Part shown: one piece after another, positions 8,952 to 18,414 of the stretch
Position numbering within the stretch: position 1 is the stretch's first letter
Layout of the letters: each line of letters begins with the position of its first letter
Assembly: GCA_964499635.1 (NCBI GenBank)
Contig: CAZCLY010000005.1
Span: forward strand, 14,106 to 78,105
DNA from: an uncultured Gemmatimonadota bacterium
Lineage (GTDB): Bacteria > Gemmatimonadota > Gemmatimonadetes > Palauibacterales > Palauibacteraceae
Reading direction: 5' to 3'
DNA length: 64,000 nt
Position numbers and translations under genes: made by a program
Notes under the pieces: model-generated
What the model was told of the DNA's origin: nothing
The model's database searches: none
What the model saw: the letters and a program-made list of their open reading frames with translations, nothing else

Positions 8952-11900
8952 ATGAACCCGGCCCGTTCCGGTGTCGGCCCTCGCCTCTTCCTCGCCCTGG
9001 CCGGTCTGACCGCCGCGTGTGGCGACCGCCCGGGGGGTGGGCAGCCACCGGTCACCGGTGAGGCACTGTTCACCCGTCTCCCCTCCTCGTACACGGGCGT
9101 CCGGTTCGAGAACCACATCGAGGATCGACCCGAGTTCAACGTGTTCTCGTATCGCAACTACTACAACGGCGGGGGCGTGGCCATCGGGGACCTGACGGGT
9201 GATGGGCTCCCCGAGCTCATGCTGACCTCGAACCTCGAGGAGAACCGCCTGTACCTGAACGAGGGAGGGTTCCGATTCCGCGACGTGACCCGCCAGGCGG
9301 GAGTGGGCGGCCAGGGGAGATGGGCGACGGGGGTCGTGTTCGCCGACGTGGACGGCGACGGGTGGCTCGACATCTACGTCGGCTACGCGGGGGCCGCGGA
9401 AGAAGGGGAGCGCGCCAACGAGCTCTACCTCCACCGGGGGGTCGACGAGCACGGCGTGCCGGTGTTCGCCGAGTCGGCGGCCGAATGGGGGATCGCCGAT
9501 CCGGGCTACACGACCCACGCCGCGTTCTTCGACTACGACCGGGACGGCGATCTCGATCTGTACGTGCTCAACAACTCTCCCCGCCCCGCCGACAGCTTCG
9601 GGCTCCTCAACACGAGGGACGTGCGCGATCCCGACGGCGGCGACCGGCTGTACCGCAACGAGGGAGACGGGTTCGTGGACGTGAGCGTGGCCGCGGGCAT
9701 CTACGGGAGCGAGATCGGCTTCGGTCTGGGGGTCGCGATCAGCGACGTAGATCGGGACGGGTGGCCGGACATCTACGTGTCGAACGACTTCTTCGAGCAG
9801 GATTACCTGTATCTGAACGACAGAGACGGGAGCTTCACCGAGTCCATCAGCAGCCGCACCCCCTACGTCAGCTACTCGTCGATGGGGCTCGACATCGCCG
9901 ACATCGACAACGACGGGTGGCCGGACATCTACGTCACGGACATGCTCCCGGAGGACGAGCACCGCTTCAAGACGACGCAGGCGTTCGAGGGCTGGGACCT
10001 GTACCGGGACCGGCTGAAGAACGGGTATCACGCGCAGTTCACGCGCGACATGCTCCTGCTCAACGAGCGGGTGGGCGTGTTCGCCGAGATCGGGCAGCTG
10101 GCGGGCGTCTCCCGAACCGACTGGAGCTGGAGCGCGCTGATCGCGGACTTCGATCTGGACGGGTACAAGGACATCCACGTTACGAACGGGATCCGGCGAG
10201 ACGTCACGTCGCGCGACTACATCTCGGTGCTGGCCAACCCGCGCACGCTCGAGGCGGCGCGCCGCGGCGAGCACATGGACGTGATGGGGCTCATCGCGCG
10301 GCTCGACTCGACGCCGCTCCCCAACTACGTCTTCCGGAACCGGGGAGACCTGACGTTCGAGGATGAGAGCGGGGCCTGGGGGCTCGACACGCGGGGATTC
10401 TCCAACGGGGCGGCGTACGGAGACCTGGACGGGGACGGGGCGCTCGACCTGGTCGTGAACAACGTCGACCAGGAGGCCGTCGTGTACCGGAACAACGCCC
10501 GGACCCTGGGTGACAACGGCTATCTCCAGATCCGGCTGCGGGGCGAGGGCGGCAACCGCTACGCCATCGGCGCACGGGTGACGCTCAGGAGCGGCGAGCG
10601 GCTGTTCGTGCAGGAGCTGGAGCCGTCACGCGGCTTCCAGTCGAGCGTCGACTACACGCTCACCTTCGGGATAGGCGACCTCGACACGCTCGAGTCCGTG
10701 AGCGTCGAGTGGCCCGACGGGCGAGTGAGCGTCGAGCGCGATGTGGCGGCCGATCAGGTGCTCACCATCTCGCAGACCGGCGCCGGATCGGCGGCGGCGT
10801 TGGAGGGGGGGCGACCCGCCCGGATCCTCGCCGATGTCACGGACGAAGTCGGGCTCGATTTCGTCCACCGGGAGAACTCGTTCGTCGACTTCCACCGCGA
10901 GCGCCTGCTCCCGAAGCTCCTGTCCACCGAAGGCCCGCGCATGGCGGTGGGCGACGTCGACGGCGACGGCCTCGAGGACGTCTACATCGGGGGCGCCAAG
11001 GAACAGAGCGGGCGGCTGCTTCAGCAGCGCGCGGACGGAGCCTTCCGGTCGACGAACGGGGCCGTCTGGGACGAGGATCGCCTGTCCGAGGACCTCGGAG
11101 CCGCCTTCCTCGACGCGAACGGCGACGGCCACCTCGACCTGTACGTGGTGAGCGGGGGGAGCGAGTTCTCCGACATCGCCCCCGCGCTACAGGACCGGCT
11201 CTATCTGAACGACGGCCGGGGCCGCTTCCGGAAGGCCGAGGGGGCGCTGCCCGCCATGAACGTGAGCGGCTCGTGCGTGGCGGCGGCCGACTTCGATGGG
11301 GACGGGGACGTGGACGTGTTCGTCGGTGGCCGGGTCGTCCCGTGGCGGTACGGCCTCGACCCCGCCAGCGTCCTGCTCGCCAACGACGGGCGTGGACACT
11401 TCACCGAGATCACGGCCGAGGCCGCCCCGGAGCTGGCCACCGTCGGAATGGTCACCGACGCGACGTGGACGGACGTCGACGGGGATGGGCGGGTGGATCT
11501 CGTCGTCGTGGGGGAGTGGATGCCGATCACCGTCTTCCGCGGCGCGGGCGAGGGCCGGCTCGAGCGCGTCGAATCGCCCGGTCTCGAGACGAGCCACGGC
11601 TGGTGGAACCGGATCGTGCCGGGGGACTTCACGGGCGACGGCCGGGTGGACTTCCTGGTCGGGAACCTCGGGCTCAACACCCGTCTCCGGGCCAGCGAGC
11701 GCGAGCCGCTCACCATGTACGTGAAGGACTTCGATCGGAACGGATTCATCGAGCAGATCCTGTCCGGATACAACGGGGGGGTGAGCTACCCGCTCGCGTT
11801 GCGCGATGACCTCATCGGCGCGCTTCCCTACCTGCGGACGAGGTACCCGGACTTCGAGAGTTATGCCCTGCAGACGGTGAGCGACATCTTCCCGGCGGAC

Positions 11901-12305
11901 GAGCTGGCGGACGCGGTCGTCAAGCGGGCGTACACGTTCGCGTCGGCCCTGGCGCGAAACGAGGGTGACGGCGCGTTCACGTTGCTTCCGTTGCCGCTGG
12001 AGGCACAGATCGCGCCCGTGTACGGGATCCTGCCCGCCGATGTCGACGAGGACGGCGATCAGGATGTCCTGCTGGCCGGGAACTTCGATGGCGTCAAGCC
12101 GGAGATCGGCCGCATGAGCGGCGGGTACGGTCTCCTGCTCAGGGGGGATGGAACGGGCGAGTTCGAGCCCGTTCCGGCCGCGGAGAGCGGGTTCCTCGTC
12201 CCCGGTCAGGCGCGCGACATCCACCGCGTCGGCACGCGGCGGGGCGACCTGTATGTCGTGACCCGCAACGACGACCGTCCGCTCGTCTTCCGCCCGATCC
12301 GGTGA
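8952..12305 (+). CDS. CRTAC1 / ASPIC-UnbV family protein (FG-GAP/VCBS-like beta-propeller repeats), lipoprotein, copy 1
   Basis: It has a lipobox signal (LAGLTAAC). Repeated DxDGDGxxDL(Y/F)V modules are present (NYYNGGGVAIGDLTGDGLPEL, FADVDGDGWLDIYV, FFDYDRDGDLDLYV), and the C-terminal UnbV/ASPIC-like region is 1117 aa. Confidence 0.75.
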   Translation: MNPARSGVGPRLFLALAGLTAACGDRPGGGQPPVTGEALFTRLPSSYTGVRFENHIEDRPEFNVFSYRNYYNGGGVAIGDLTGDGLPELMLTSNLEENRLYLNEGGFRFRDVTRQAGVGGQGRWATGVVFADVDGDGWLDIYVGYAGAAEEGERANELYLHRGVDEHGVPVFAESAAEWGIADPGYTTHAAFFDYDRDGDLDLYVLNNSPRPADSFGLLNTRDVRDPDGGDRLYRNEGDGFVDVSVAAGIYGSEIGFGLGVAISDVDRDGWPDIYVSNDFFEQDYLYLNDRDGSFTESISSRTPYVSYSSMGLDIADIDNDGWPDIYVTDMLPEDEHRFKTTQAFEGWDLYRDRLKNGYHAQFTRDMLLLNERVGVFAEIGQLAGVSRTDWSWSALIADFDLDGYKDIHVTNGIRRDVTSRDYISVLANPRTLEAARRGEHMDVMGLIARLDSTPLPNYVFRNRGDLTFEDESGAWGLDTRGFSNGAAYGDLDGDGALDLVVNNVDQEAVVYRNNARTLGDNGYLQIRLRGEGGNRYAIGARVTLRSGERLFVQELEPSRGFQSSVDYTLTFGIGDLDTLESVSVEWPDGRVSVERDVAADQVLTISQTGAGSAAALEGGRPARILADVTDEVGLDFVHRENSFVDFHRERLLPKLLSTEGPRMAVGDVDGDGLEDVYIGGAKEQSGRLLQQRADGAFRSTNGAVWDEDRLSEDLGAAFLDANGDGHLDLYVVSGGSEFSDIAPALQDRLYLNDGRGRFRKAEGALPAMNVSGSCVAAADFDGDGDVDVFVGGRVVPWRYGLDPASVLLANDGRGHFTEITAEAAPELATVGMVTDATWTDVDGDGRVDLVVVGEWMPITVFRGAGEGRLERVESPGLETSHGWWNRIVPGDFTGDGRVDFLVGNLGLNTRLRASEREPLTMYVKDFDRNGFIEQILSGYNGGVSYPLALRDDLIGALPYLRTRYPDFESYALQTVSDIFPADELADAVVKRAYTFASALARNEGDGAFTLLPLPLEAQIAPVYGILPADVDEDGDQDVLLAGNFDGVKPEIGRMSGGYGLLLRGDGTGEFEPVPAAESGFLVPGQARDIHRVGTRRGDLYVVTRNDDRPLVFRPIR

Positions 12306-12307
12306 GG

Positions 12308-12808
12308 CTATGGATTCGGCTGGGCCCGGACGTCCGGTCGCGGCTGTTTCGTCGTGATGATGATGACCCCGTTGGCGCCCCGCACGCCGTACATCGACGT
12401 GCTCACGGCGTCCTTGAGCACCCTGATGGACTCGATATCGTAGGGCTGGACCGGAACGCTGCCGTCCGGGTCCGGCTCGATCGGGACGCCGTCGATCACG
12501 TACAGCGGCTGATCGCTCCCCACGATCGAGGTCGTGCCCCGAATATGAACGATGATGCCCGCCGAAGAACGCACGACCTGCACACCGGCGACCCGGCCAC
12601 GCAGCATCTCCTCGACATCCTCGGCGGGCGCACGCTCGATCTCATCGGCGGTGACGACCGAGGGGTCTGCCGGAGCCCGCTCCGCGACGCCGCCGGGCCG
12701 GTCGCCGGCCGCACCCCCGCCCGTGTGGGCGCAGGCGGGCGCCAGCGCGGCGAGCAGGGCGAACACGAGCCCATCGCGAGCCGTTCGTGCGGTGGAGGAC
12801 ATACGCAC
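12308..12808 (-). CDS. Stand-alone TonB-dependent-receptor plug-domain protein (signal peptide plus plug only, no beta-barrel); possibly a truncated receptor remnant
   Basis: The 166-aa ORF has a signal peptide (LVFALLAALAPACA) followed by sequence clearly homologous to the SusC plug in this same window (QPLYVIDGVPIE...IESIRVLKDAVSTSMYGVRGANGVIIITTK versus EPLYVIDGVPIQ...IKSITVLKDASAAAIYGSRAANGVILIETK). It ends 2 nt from the convergent CRTAC1 stop. Confidence 0.6.
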   Translation of the reverse strand: MRMSSTARTARDGLVFALLAALAPACAHTGGGAAGDRPGGVAERAPADPSVVTADEIERAPAEDVEEMLRGRVAGVQVVRSSAGIIVHIRGTTSIVGSDQPLYVIDGVPIEPDPDGSVPVQPYDIESIRVLKDAVSTSMYGVRGANGVIIITTKQPRPDVRAQPNP

Positions 12809-12942
12809 CTCCGAGAAAGGGTCTCGAAACCCGCCGACGCAGCCGAGGGGCGACCAGTATGATACACACGTCAGGACGGATCGATCCGCCGGCCGGCCGG
12901 TCGCGGACCGGGGACCGGGGTCGTCGAGAGTGGAGGTACGCG

Positions 12943-15003
12943 ATGAGATGGTGGCCGAACAGCCGGAAGCCGTCCCCGGGCGTCGTGGTGGCGGGCGCGT
13001 TGCTGATCGCCGCCGGGCCGGCGGCCGCGCAGCAGGCGCTGAGCGTCGCCTCGCCCGACGGGCGCAACGAGGTCACGCTGGCGATCGATGCGGGGCAGCT
13101 CACCTACCGCCTCGACCGCGACGGGCGGCCCGTGCTCCAGCCGTCGCGGCTGGGGTTCGAGTTTCGCGACGCGCCCCCGCTGGGCGACGCCGTGCGGGTG
13201 ATCGATACCTCGACCGCCAGCGCGGACGAGACGTGGACTCAGCCGTGGGGCGAGGTCCGCGAGGTGCGGGATCACCACAACGAGCTGCGCGTGTCGCTCG
13301 AGGAGGAGCGTCCCCCCGGCCGGCGGTTCGTGGTCGTGTTCCGCGCGTTCGACGACGGAGTGGGGTTCCGGTACGAGCTTCCGGAGCAGTCCGCCCTGGG
13401 CGACTTCCAGATCAGCGAGGAGCTCACCGAGTTCGCGATCGCCGACGATGCGCGGGCCTGGTGGATCCCCGCCTTCCAGCAGAATCGATACGAGTATCTG
13501 TATCGGTCGTCGCCGGTGAGCACGCTGGACACGGTGCAGACGCCGCTCACGCTCGAGTTCCACGATGGGCTTCACGTCGCGATCCACGAGGCCGACCTGG
13601 TGGACTACGCCGGTCTGACACTCGTCGGCGGCCGTGAGCAGAACCGCACCTTGCGGGCGTATCTGGCCCCGTGGGCGGACGGCGTGAAGGTGCGGGGCCG
13701 GACCCCGTTCCGGACCCCGTGGCGCACGATCCAGATGGCCGACGAGGCGGCCGGGCTGGTGCCGTCCGTGCTCGGACTCAATCTCAACCCCCCCGCGCCC
13801 GATTCGCTCGCCGCCGCGAGCTGGATCCGGCCCATGAAGTACGTCGGCATCTGGTGGGGCATGCACATCGGCAGGATGACCTGGGGCTCGGGCCCCCGGC
13901 ACGGAGCGACCACCGAGAATACGAAGCGCTACATCGACTTCGCGTCCCGGAACGGGTTCGGGGGCGTGCTGGTCGAGGGCTGGAACGTAGGCTGGGACGG
14001 AGTCTGGTACGGGAACGGTGACGTGTTCTCGTTCACGCAGCCCTACCCGGACTACGACCTGCCGGCGCTGGCGGCGTACGCGCGCGAGCACGGGGTGGGG
14101 CTCATCGGCCACCACGAGACCGCGATGGGCATCGAGAACTATGAGCGGCAGCTCGAGCCGGCCTTCGATCTCCTCGAGAGCCTCGGCATGCACGGCGTGA
14201 AGACCGGGTACGTGGGGGACCGGACCCCGGAGGGGCACGCGCACCACGGCCAGTACATGGTGCGCCACTGGCGGAAGGTGATCGAGACCGCGGCGCGTCA
14301 CCACGTCATGCTCGATGTCCACGAGCCGATCCACGACACGGGGGAGCGCCGCACCTTCCCGAACATGATGACCCGCGAGGGGGCCCGCGGGCAGGAGTAC
14401 AACGCGTGGGGGGGAGACGGCGGAAACCCGCCCGAGCACGAGACGATCCTGTTCTTCACGCGGATGCTCGCGGGGCCGTTCGACTTCACCCCCGGCGTGT
14501 TCGACCTGAAGATCGAGAGCGCCGACGGCCCGCCGCGCTCCCCGGAACAGTCCCGGCCCCGGACGACGCTCGCCAAGCAGCTCGCCCTGTACGTAGTGCT
14601 GTACTCGCCGCTCCAGATGGCGTCGGATCTGCCCGAGAACTACGAGGGTCACCCGGCGTTCCAGTTCATCCTGGATGTCCCGGTCGACTGGGAGGAGACG
14701 CGCGTCCTGGACGGAAGGATCGGCGACTACGTGGTGGTCGCCCGCCGCGAGCGCGGCGGAGACCAGTGGTTCATCGGGGCGATCACGGACGAGGAGGCCC
14801 GCACGCTCGACGTCCCGCTGTGGTTCCTGCCGCGGGGGCGCGGGTACGTGGCGGACATCTACGCCGACGGCCCCGGCGCCGACTGGCGTGACGACCCCGG
14901 GTCCTACGAGATCACGCACCGACCGGTCGACGCCGACACGCACCTGACGCTGAAGCTCGCGCCGGGCGGGGGACAGGCCATCCGCATCCACCCGTCGAGA
15001 TAG
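12943..15003 (+). CDS. Glycoside hydrolase family 97 (alpha-glucosidase, SusB-like)
   Basis: The ATG at 12943 is preceded by GGAGG. It has a signal peptide and the GH97 N-terminal and catalytic-domain hallmarks (LTYRLDRDGRPVLQPSRLGFEF, VVFRAFDDGVGFRYELP, WWIPAFQQNRYEYLY, GFGGVLVEGWNVGWDG, MLDVHEPIHDTGERRTFPN). Confidence 0.85.
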   Translation: MRWWPNSRKPSPGVVVAGALLIAAGPAAAQQALSVASPDGRNEVTLAIDAGQLTYRLDRDGRPVLQPSRLGFEFRDAPPLGDAVRVIDTSTASADETWTQPWGEVREVRDHHNELRVSLEEERPPGRRFVVVFRAFDDGVGFRYELPEQSALGDFQISEELTEFAIADDARAWWIPAFQQNRYEYLYRSSPVSTLDTVQTPLTLEFHDGLHVAIHEADLVDYAGLTLVGGREQNRTLRAYLAPWADGVKVRGRTPFRTPWRTIQMADEAAGLVPSVLGLNLNPPAPDSLAAASWIRPMKYVGIWWGMHIGRMTWGSGPRHGATTENTKRYIDFASRNGFGGVLVEGWNVGWDGVWYGNGDVFSFTQPYPDYDLPALAAYAREHGVGLIGHHETAMGIENYERQLEPAFDLLESLGMHGVKTGYVGDRTPEGHAHHGQYMVRHWRKVIETAARHHVMLDVHEPIHDTGERRTFPNMMTREGARGQEYNAWGGDGGNPPEHETILFFTRMLAGPFDFTPGVFDLKIESADGPPRSPEQSRPRTTLAKQLALYVVLYSPLQMASDLPENYEGHPAFQFILDVPVDWEETRVLDGRIGDYVVVARRERGGDQWFIGAITDEEARTLDVPLWFLPRGRGYVADIYADGPGADWRDDPGSYEITHRPVDADTHLTLKLAPGGGQAIRIHPSR

Positions 15004-15016
15004 CGGCCCGCGTCCC

Positions 15017-18000
15017 GTGTCCCACACCGCTCGCCTTCCGGTCCTCATCGCCACCGCCACGGCCGCATGCCTGTCGGCCTGCGGGCGGGATGCGGGATCC
15101 CCGCGGCTGTTCGAGCCGCTCGATCCGGGGGCGACGGGGGTCAGGTTCGAGAACTCCCTCCCCCTGGACCCCGAGTTCAACATCCTCGAGTACCTCAACT
15201 ACTACAACGGCGGCGGGGTGGCGGTGGGCGACATCGACGGGGATGGGCTGCCCGACCTCTACTTCACCTCGAACGTCGGATCCAACCGGCTGTACCGGAA
15301 CCGGGGAGACTACCACTTCGAGGACGTGACCGAGCGCGCCGGGGTCGAGGGCTCGGACGGCTGGACGACGGGCGTCACGATGGCCGATGTGGATGGCGAC
15401 GGACACCTCGACATCTACGTGTCGGCGGTCGACTACCTGACCATGCACGGCCGCAACATCCTGTACCTGAACCGCGGCGACGGCACGTTCGCCGACGAGA
15501 CCGAGCGCTTCGGGCTCGGCCACGTCGGCTACGGGACGCAGGCCGCCTTCTTCGACTACGACCTGGACGGGGACCTGGACGCGTACCTCCTCAATCATTC
15601 GGTGCACGCCGAGCGCGGCAACAGCTTCAGCCCGCAGCGCGACGCCGTGCATCCGCGGTCCGGCGACCGACTGTTGAGGAACGATGGGAACCGGTTCGTC
15701 GATGTGACCACCGAGGCCGGGATCCACGCGGGCGTGGAGGGCTACGGGCTCGGCGTGGTGGTGAGCGACCTGGACCTCGACGGGTGCCCCGACGTGTACG
15801 TGGCCAACGACTTCCAGGAGAACGACTTCCTGTACTACAATCGCTGCGACGGCACGTTCACCGAGTCGATCGCCACCTCGATCGGCCATACGAGCCTCTC
15901 CTCGATGGGCGTGGACGCGGCGGACTTCGACAACGACGGCCGGCCCGACCTCGTCGTGCTCGACATGCTCCCCGCGCGGGAGGACATCCTCAAGACTTCG
16001 GCCAACGCCGAGAGCTACGAGGTCGAGCGGCGCAAGCTCATGGCGGGCTACGGGCCCCAGTACGTGCGCAACACCCTGCAGCTCAACCGCGGCCTGCGCC
16101 GCTTCAGCGAGATCGGCTACCTGACCGGCGTGTACGCGACCGACTGGAGCTGGGCTCCCCTGTTCGCCGATCTGGACAACGACGGCGACAAGGACCTGCT
16201 CGTCACGAACGGCATCTATCACCGCCCGAACGACCTCGACTACATCGCCTACGTGGGGAGCGAGGCCGTCCAGATCTCCCTCGCGCAAGGGATCACCCGG
16301 CAGACGCTGCAGGAGCTCCTAGAGCGCATGCCGCACGTCCCCCTGTCCAACTACGCGTACCGCAACGACGGGGGGCTGAGGTTCACGAACGTCGCCGGGG
16401 AATGGGGGCTGGCGGAGCCGGGCTTCTCGAACGGGGCCGCGTACGCGGATCTGAACAACAGCGGCGCCCTCGATCTGGTCCTCAACAACCTGAACGCGCC
16501 GGCGTCCATCCTCCGAAACCGCGTGCGCGAGCTCGGCGAGTCGCACTTCCTCTCCGTGCTCCTCGAGGGAGCCGGCGCCAACACCGGGGGGATCGGCGCC
16601 CGGGTCATCGTCGAGCAGGACGGGGCGAAGCAGATGCTGGAGCAGATGCCGACCCGGGGCTTTCTGTCCTCGGTCGACCCCCGGCTCCACTTCGGGCTCG
16701 CCACGGCCGCGCGGCTCGACTCACTCATCGTCGTGTGGCCCGATCGGCGCTTCCAGGTACTGACGGACGTCGACATCGATCGCCAGGTCACGCTGTCGCA
16801 GGACGCCGCCGGCGGGCACTGGGGATCGGCGGGCCCGGACGGCGGAGCGGCGTCCGCGGCCACGGGGAGCGGGACGGCGGCGGCACCCGTCCGGCTGTTC
16901 GAGGACGTGACGTCCGGGACCGGGATCGACTTCGTGCACCGGGAGAACGAGTTCTACGACTACCGGACGCAGCCGCTGATGCCCCACGAGCTCTCGACCC
17001 AGGGGCCGGCCCTCGCCGTGGGGGACGTGAACGGGGACGGATTCGACGACCTGTTCGTGGGGGGTGCCAAGCGCCAGCCGGGACGGCTGTTCGTCCAGCG
17101 CTCCGACGGGACGTTCCGCGGCGTCGAGGTCGCCGCGTTTCGGGCCGACGGCCTCGAGGAGGACATCGCGGCCGCGTTCCTCGACGCCGACGGCGATGGG
17201 GCGTCGGACCTCTACGTGGCGAGCGGCGGGAACGAGTTCTGGGGGGAGCACGAAGCGCTCGAGGACCGGCTCTACATGGGCGATGGCCGGGGGGGCTTCA
17301 GGCGGTCGCACGACCGGATCCCCGCCATGTTCGACAACGGCTCGTGCGTCGTCCCGGGCGACTACGACGGGGACGGCGACGTCGACCTGTTCGTGGGCAG
17401 CCGCGTCATCACACGCGAGTACGGGCACACGCCCCGGAGCCACCTGCTCGAGAACGATGGCACGGGACGGTTCCGGGACGTGGCCGACGAGAGGGCCGAG
17501 GGGCTCGCCGAGGCGGGGATGGTCACGTCGGCCGCCTGGGTGGATGTGGATGATGATGGTCGACTCGACCTGGTCGTGGTGGGCGAGTGGATGCCGGTCC
17601 GGGTGTTCCGCCAGGAGGGCGGGCGGTTCATCGACCGCACGGAGGAGTCGGGGCTGTCGGGCACGAACGGGTGGTGGAACCGCGTAACGGCCGCCGATCT
17701 GAACGGCGACGGCCACGAGGATCTGGTGCTCGGGAACCTGGGCCTCAACTCGTACCTGCGCGCCTCCCCCGAGGGGCCGGCCCGGCTGTACGTGCACGAC
17801 TTCGGTCGCGACGGGACGCTGGAGCAGATCCTCACCTTCTACAAGCACGGGGTGAGCTATCCGATCGCCGGTCGGGACGAGCTCGTCGCCCGGATGCCGT
17901 TCCTCCGCGCCCGCTGGCCCACCTACGGCGACTTCGGCGCCAGCCGCATCGAGGACATCATCCCCGAATCGGAGCTGTCCGAGGCGCGGGTGCTGGAGGC

Positions 18001-18397
18001 GACCGTGTTCGCCAGCTCGGTGGCCGTGAGCCGGGGGGATGGCACGTTCCGTCTCGATCCTCTGCCGATCGAGGCCCAGTTCGCTCCCGTCTACGCCGCG
18101 AACGCGAACGATGTCGATGGCGACGGGCGGGTGGATGTGGTGGTGGCCGGCAACCTCCACGGGGTACCCCCGGTGCGGGGCCGATACGACGCGAGCTACG
18201 GGCTCCTGCTGCGGGGCGACGGCCACGGAGGGTTCGAATCGGTCGACATGGAGACGAGCGGCCTGCTCATCGATGGTGAAGTGCGCGACCTGCAGTTCCT
18301 CGGTCGGGCGAACGGCGAACGCCTGATCGTCGTCGCGCGCAACGACGATCGCCTCCAGGTGCTGCGGGAGGCACCCGGGACCGAACACAATCCCTGA
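15017..18397 (+). CDS. CRTAC1 / ASPIC-UnbV family protein, lipoprotein, copy 2 (paralog of 8952..12305)
   Basis: It has a lipobox (CLSAC) and the same repeat architecture and near-identical motifs as copy 1 (YLNYYNGGGVAVGDIDGDGLPDLYF, MADVDGDGHLDIYV, FFDYDLDGDLDAYLLN), with a 1126 aa product. Confidence 0.75.
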   Translation: MSHTARLPVLIATATAACLSACGRDAGSPRLFEPLDPGATGVRFENSLPLDPEFNILEYLNYYNGGGVAVGDIDGDGLPDLYFTSNVGSNRLYRNRGDYHFEDVTERAGVEGSDGWTTGVTMADVDGDGHLDIYVSAVDYLTMHGRNILYLNRGDGTFADETERFGLGHVGYGTQAAFFDYDLDGDLDAYLLNHSVHAERGNSFSPQRDAVHPRSGDRLLRNDGNRFVDVTTEAGIHAGVEGYGLGVVVSDLDLDGCPDVYVANDFQENDFLYYNRCDGTFTESIATSIGHTSLSSMGVDAADFDNDGRPDLVVLDMLPAREDILKTSANAESYEVERRKLMAGYGPQYVRNTLQLNRGLRRFSEIGYLTGVYATDWSWAPLFADLDNDGDKDLLVTNGIYHRPNDLDYIAYVGSEAVQISLAQGITRQTLQELLERMPHVPLSNYAYRNDGGLRFTNVAGEWGLAEPGFSNGAAYADLNNSGALDLVLNNLNAPASILRNRVRELGESHFLSVLLEGAGANTGGIGARVIVEQDGAKQMLEQMPTRGFLSSVDPRLHFGLATAARLDSLIVVWPDRRFQVLTDVDIDRQVTLSQDAAGGHWGSAGPDGGAASAATGSGTAAAPVRLFEDVTSGTGIDFVHRENEFYDYRTQPLMPHELSTQGPALAVGDVNGDGFDDLFVGGAKRQPGRLFVQRSDGTFRGVEVAAFRADGLEEDIAAAFLDADGDGASDLYVASGGNEFWGEHEALEDRLYMGDGRGGFRRSHDRIPAMFDNGSCVVPGDYDGDGDVDLFVGSRVITREYGHTPRSHLLENDGTGRFRDVADERAEGLAEAGMVTSAAWVDVDDDGRLDLVVVGEWMPVRVFRQEGGRFIDRTEESGLSGTNGWWNRVTAADLNGDGHEDLVLGNLGLNSYLRASPEGPARLYVHDFGRDGTLEQILTFYKHGVSYPIAGRDELVARMPFLRARWPTYGDFGASRIEDIIPESELSEARVLEATVFASSVAVSRGDGTFRLDPLPIEAQFAPVYAANANDVDGDGRVDVVVAGNLHGVPPVRGRYDASYGLLLRGDGHGGFESVDMETSGLLIDGEVRDLQFLGRANGERLIVVARNDDRLQVLREAPGTEHNP

Positions 18398-18414
18398 TCG
18401 AAGGAGGCGTCAGC

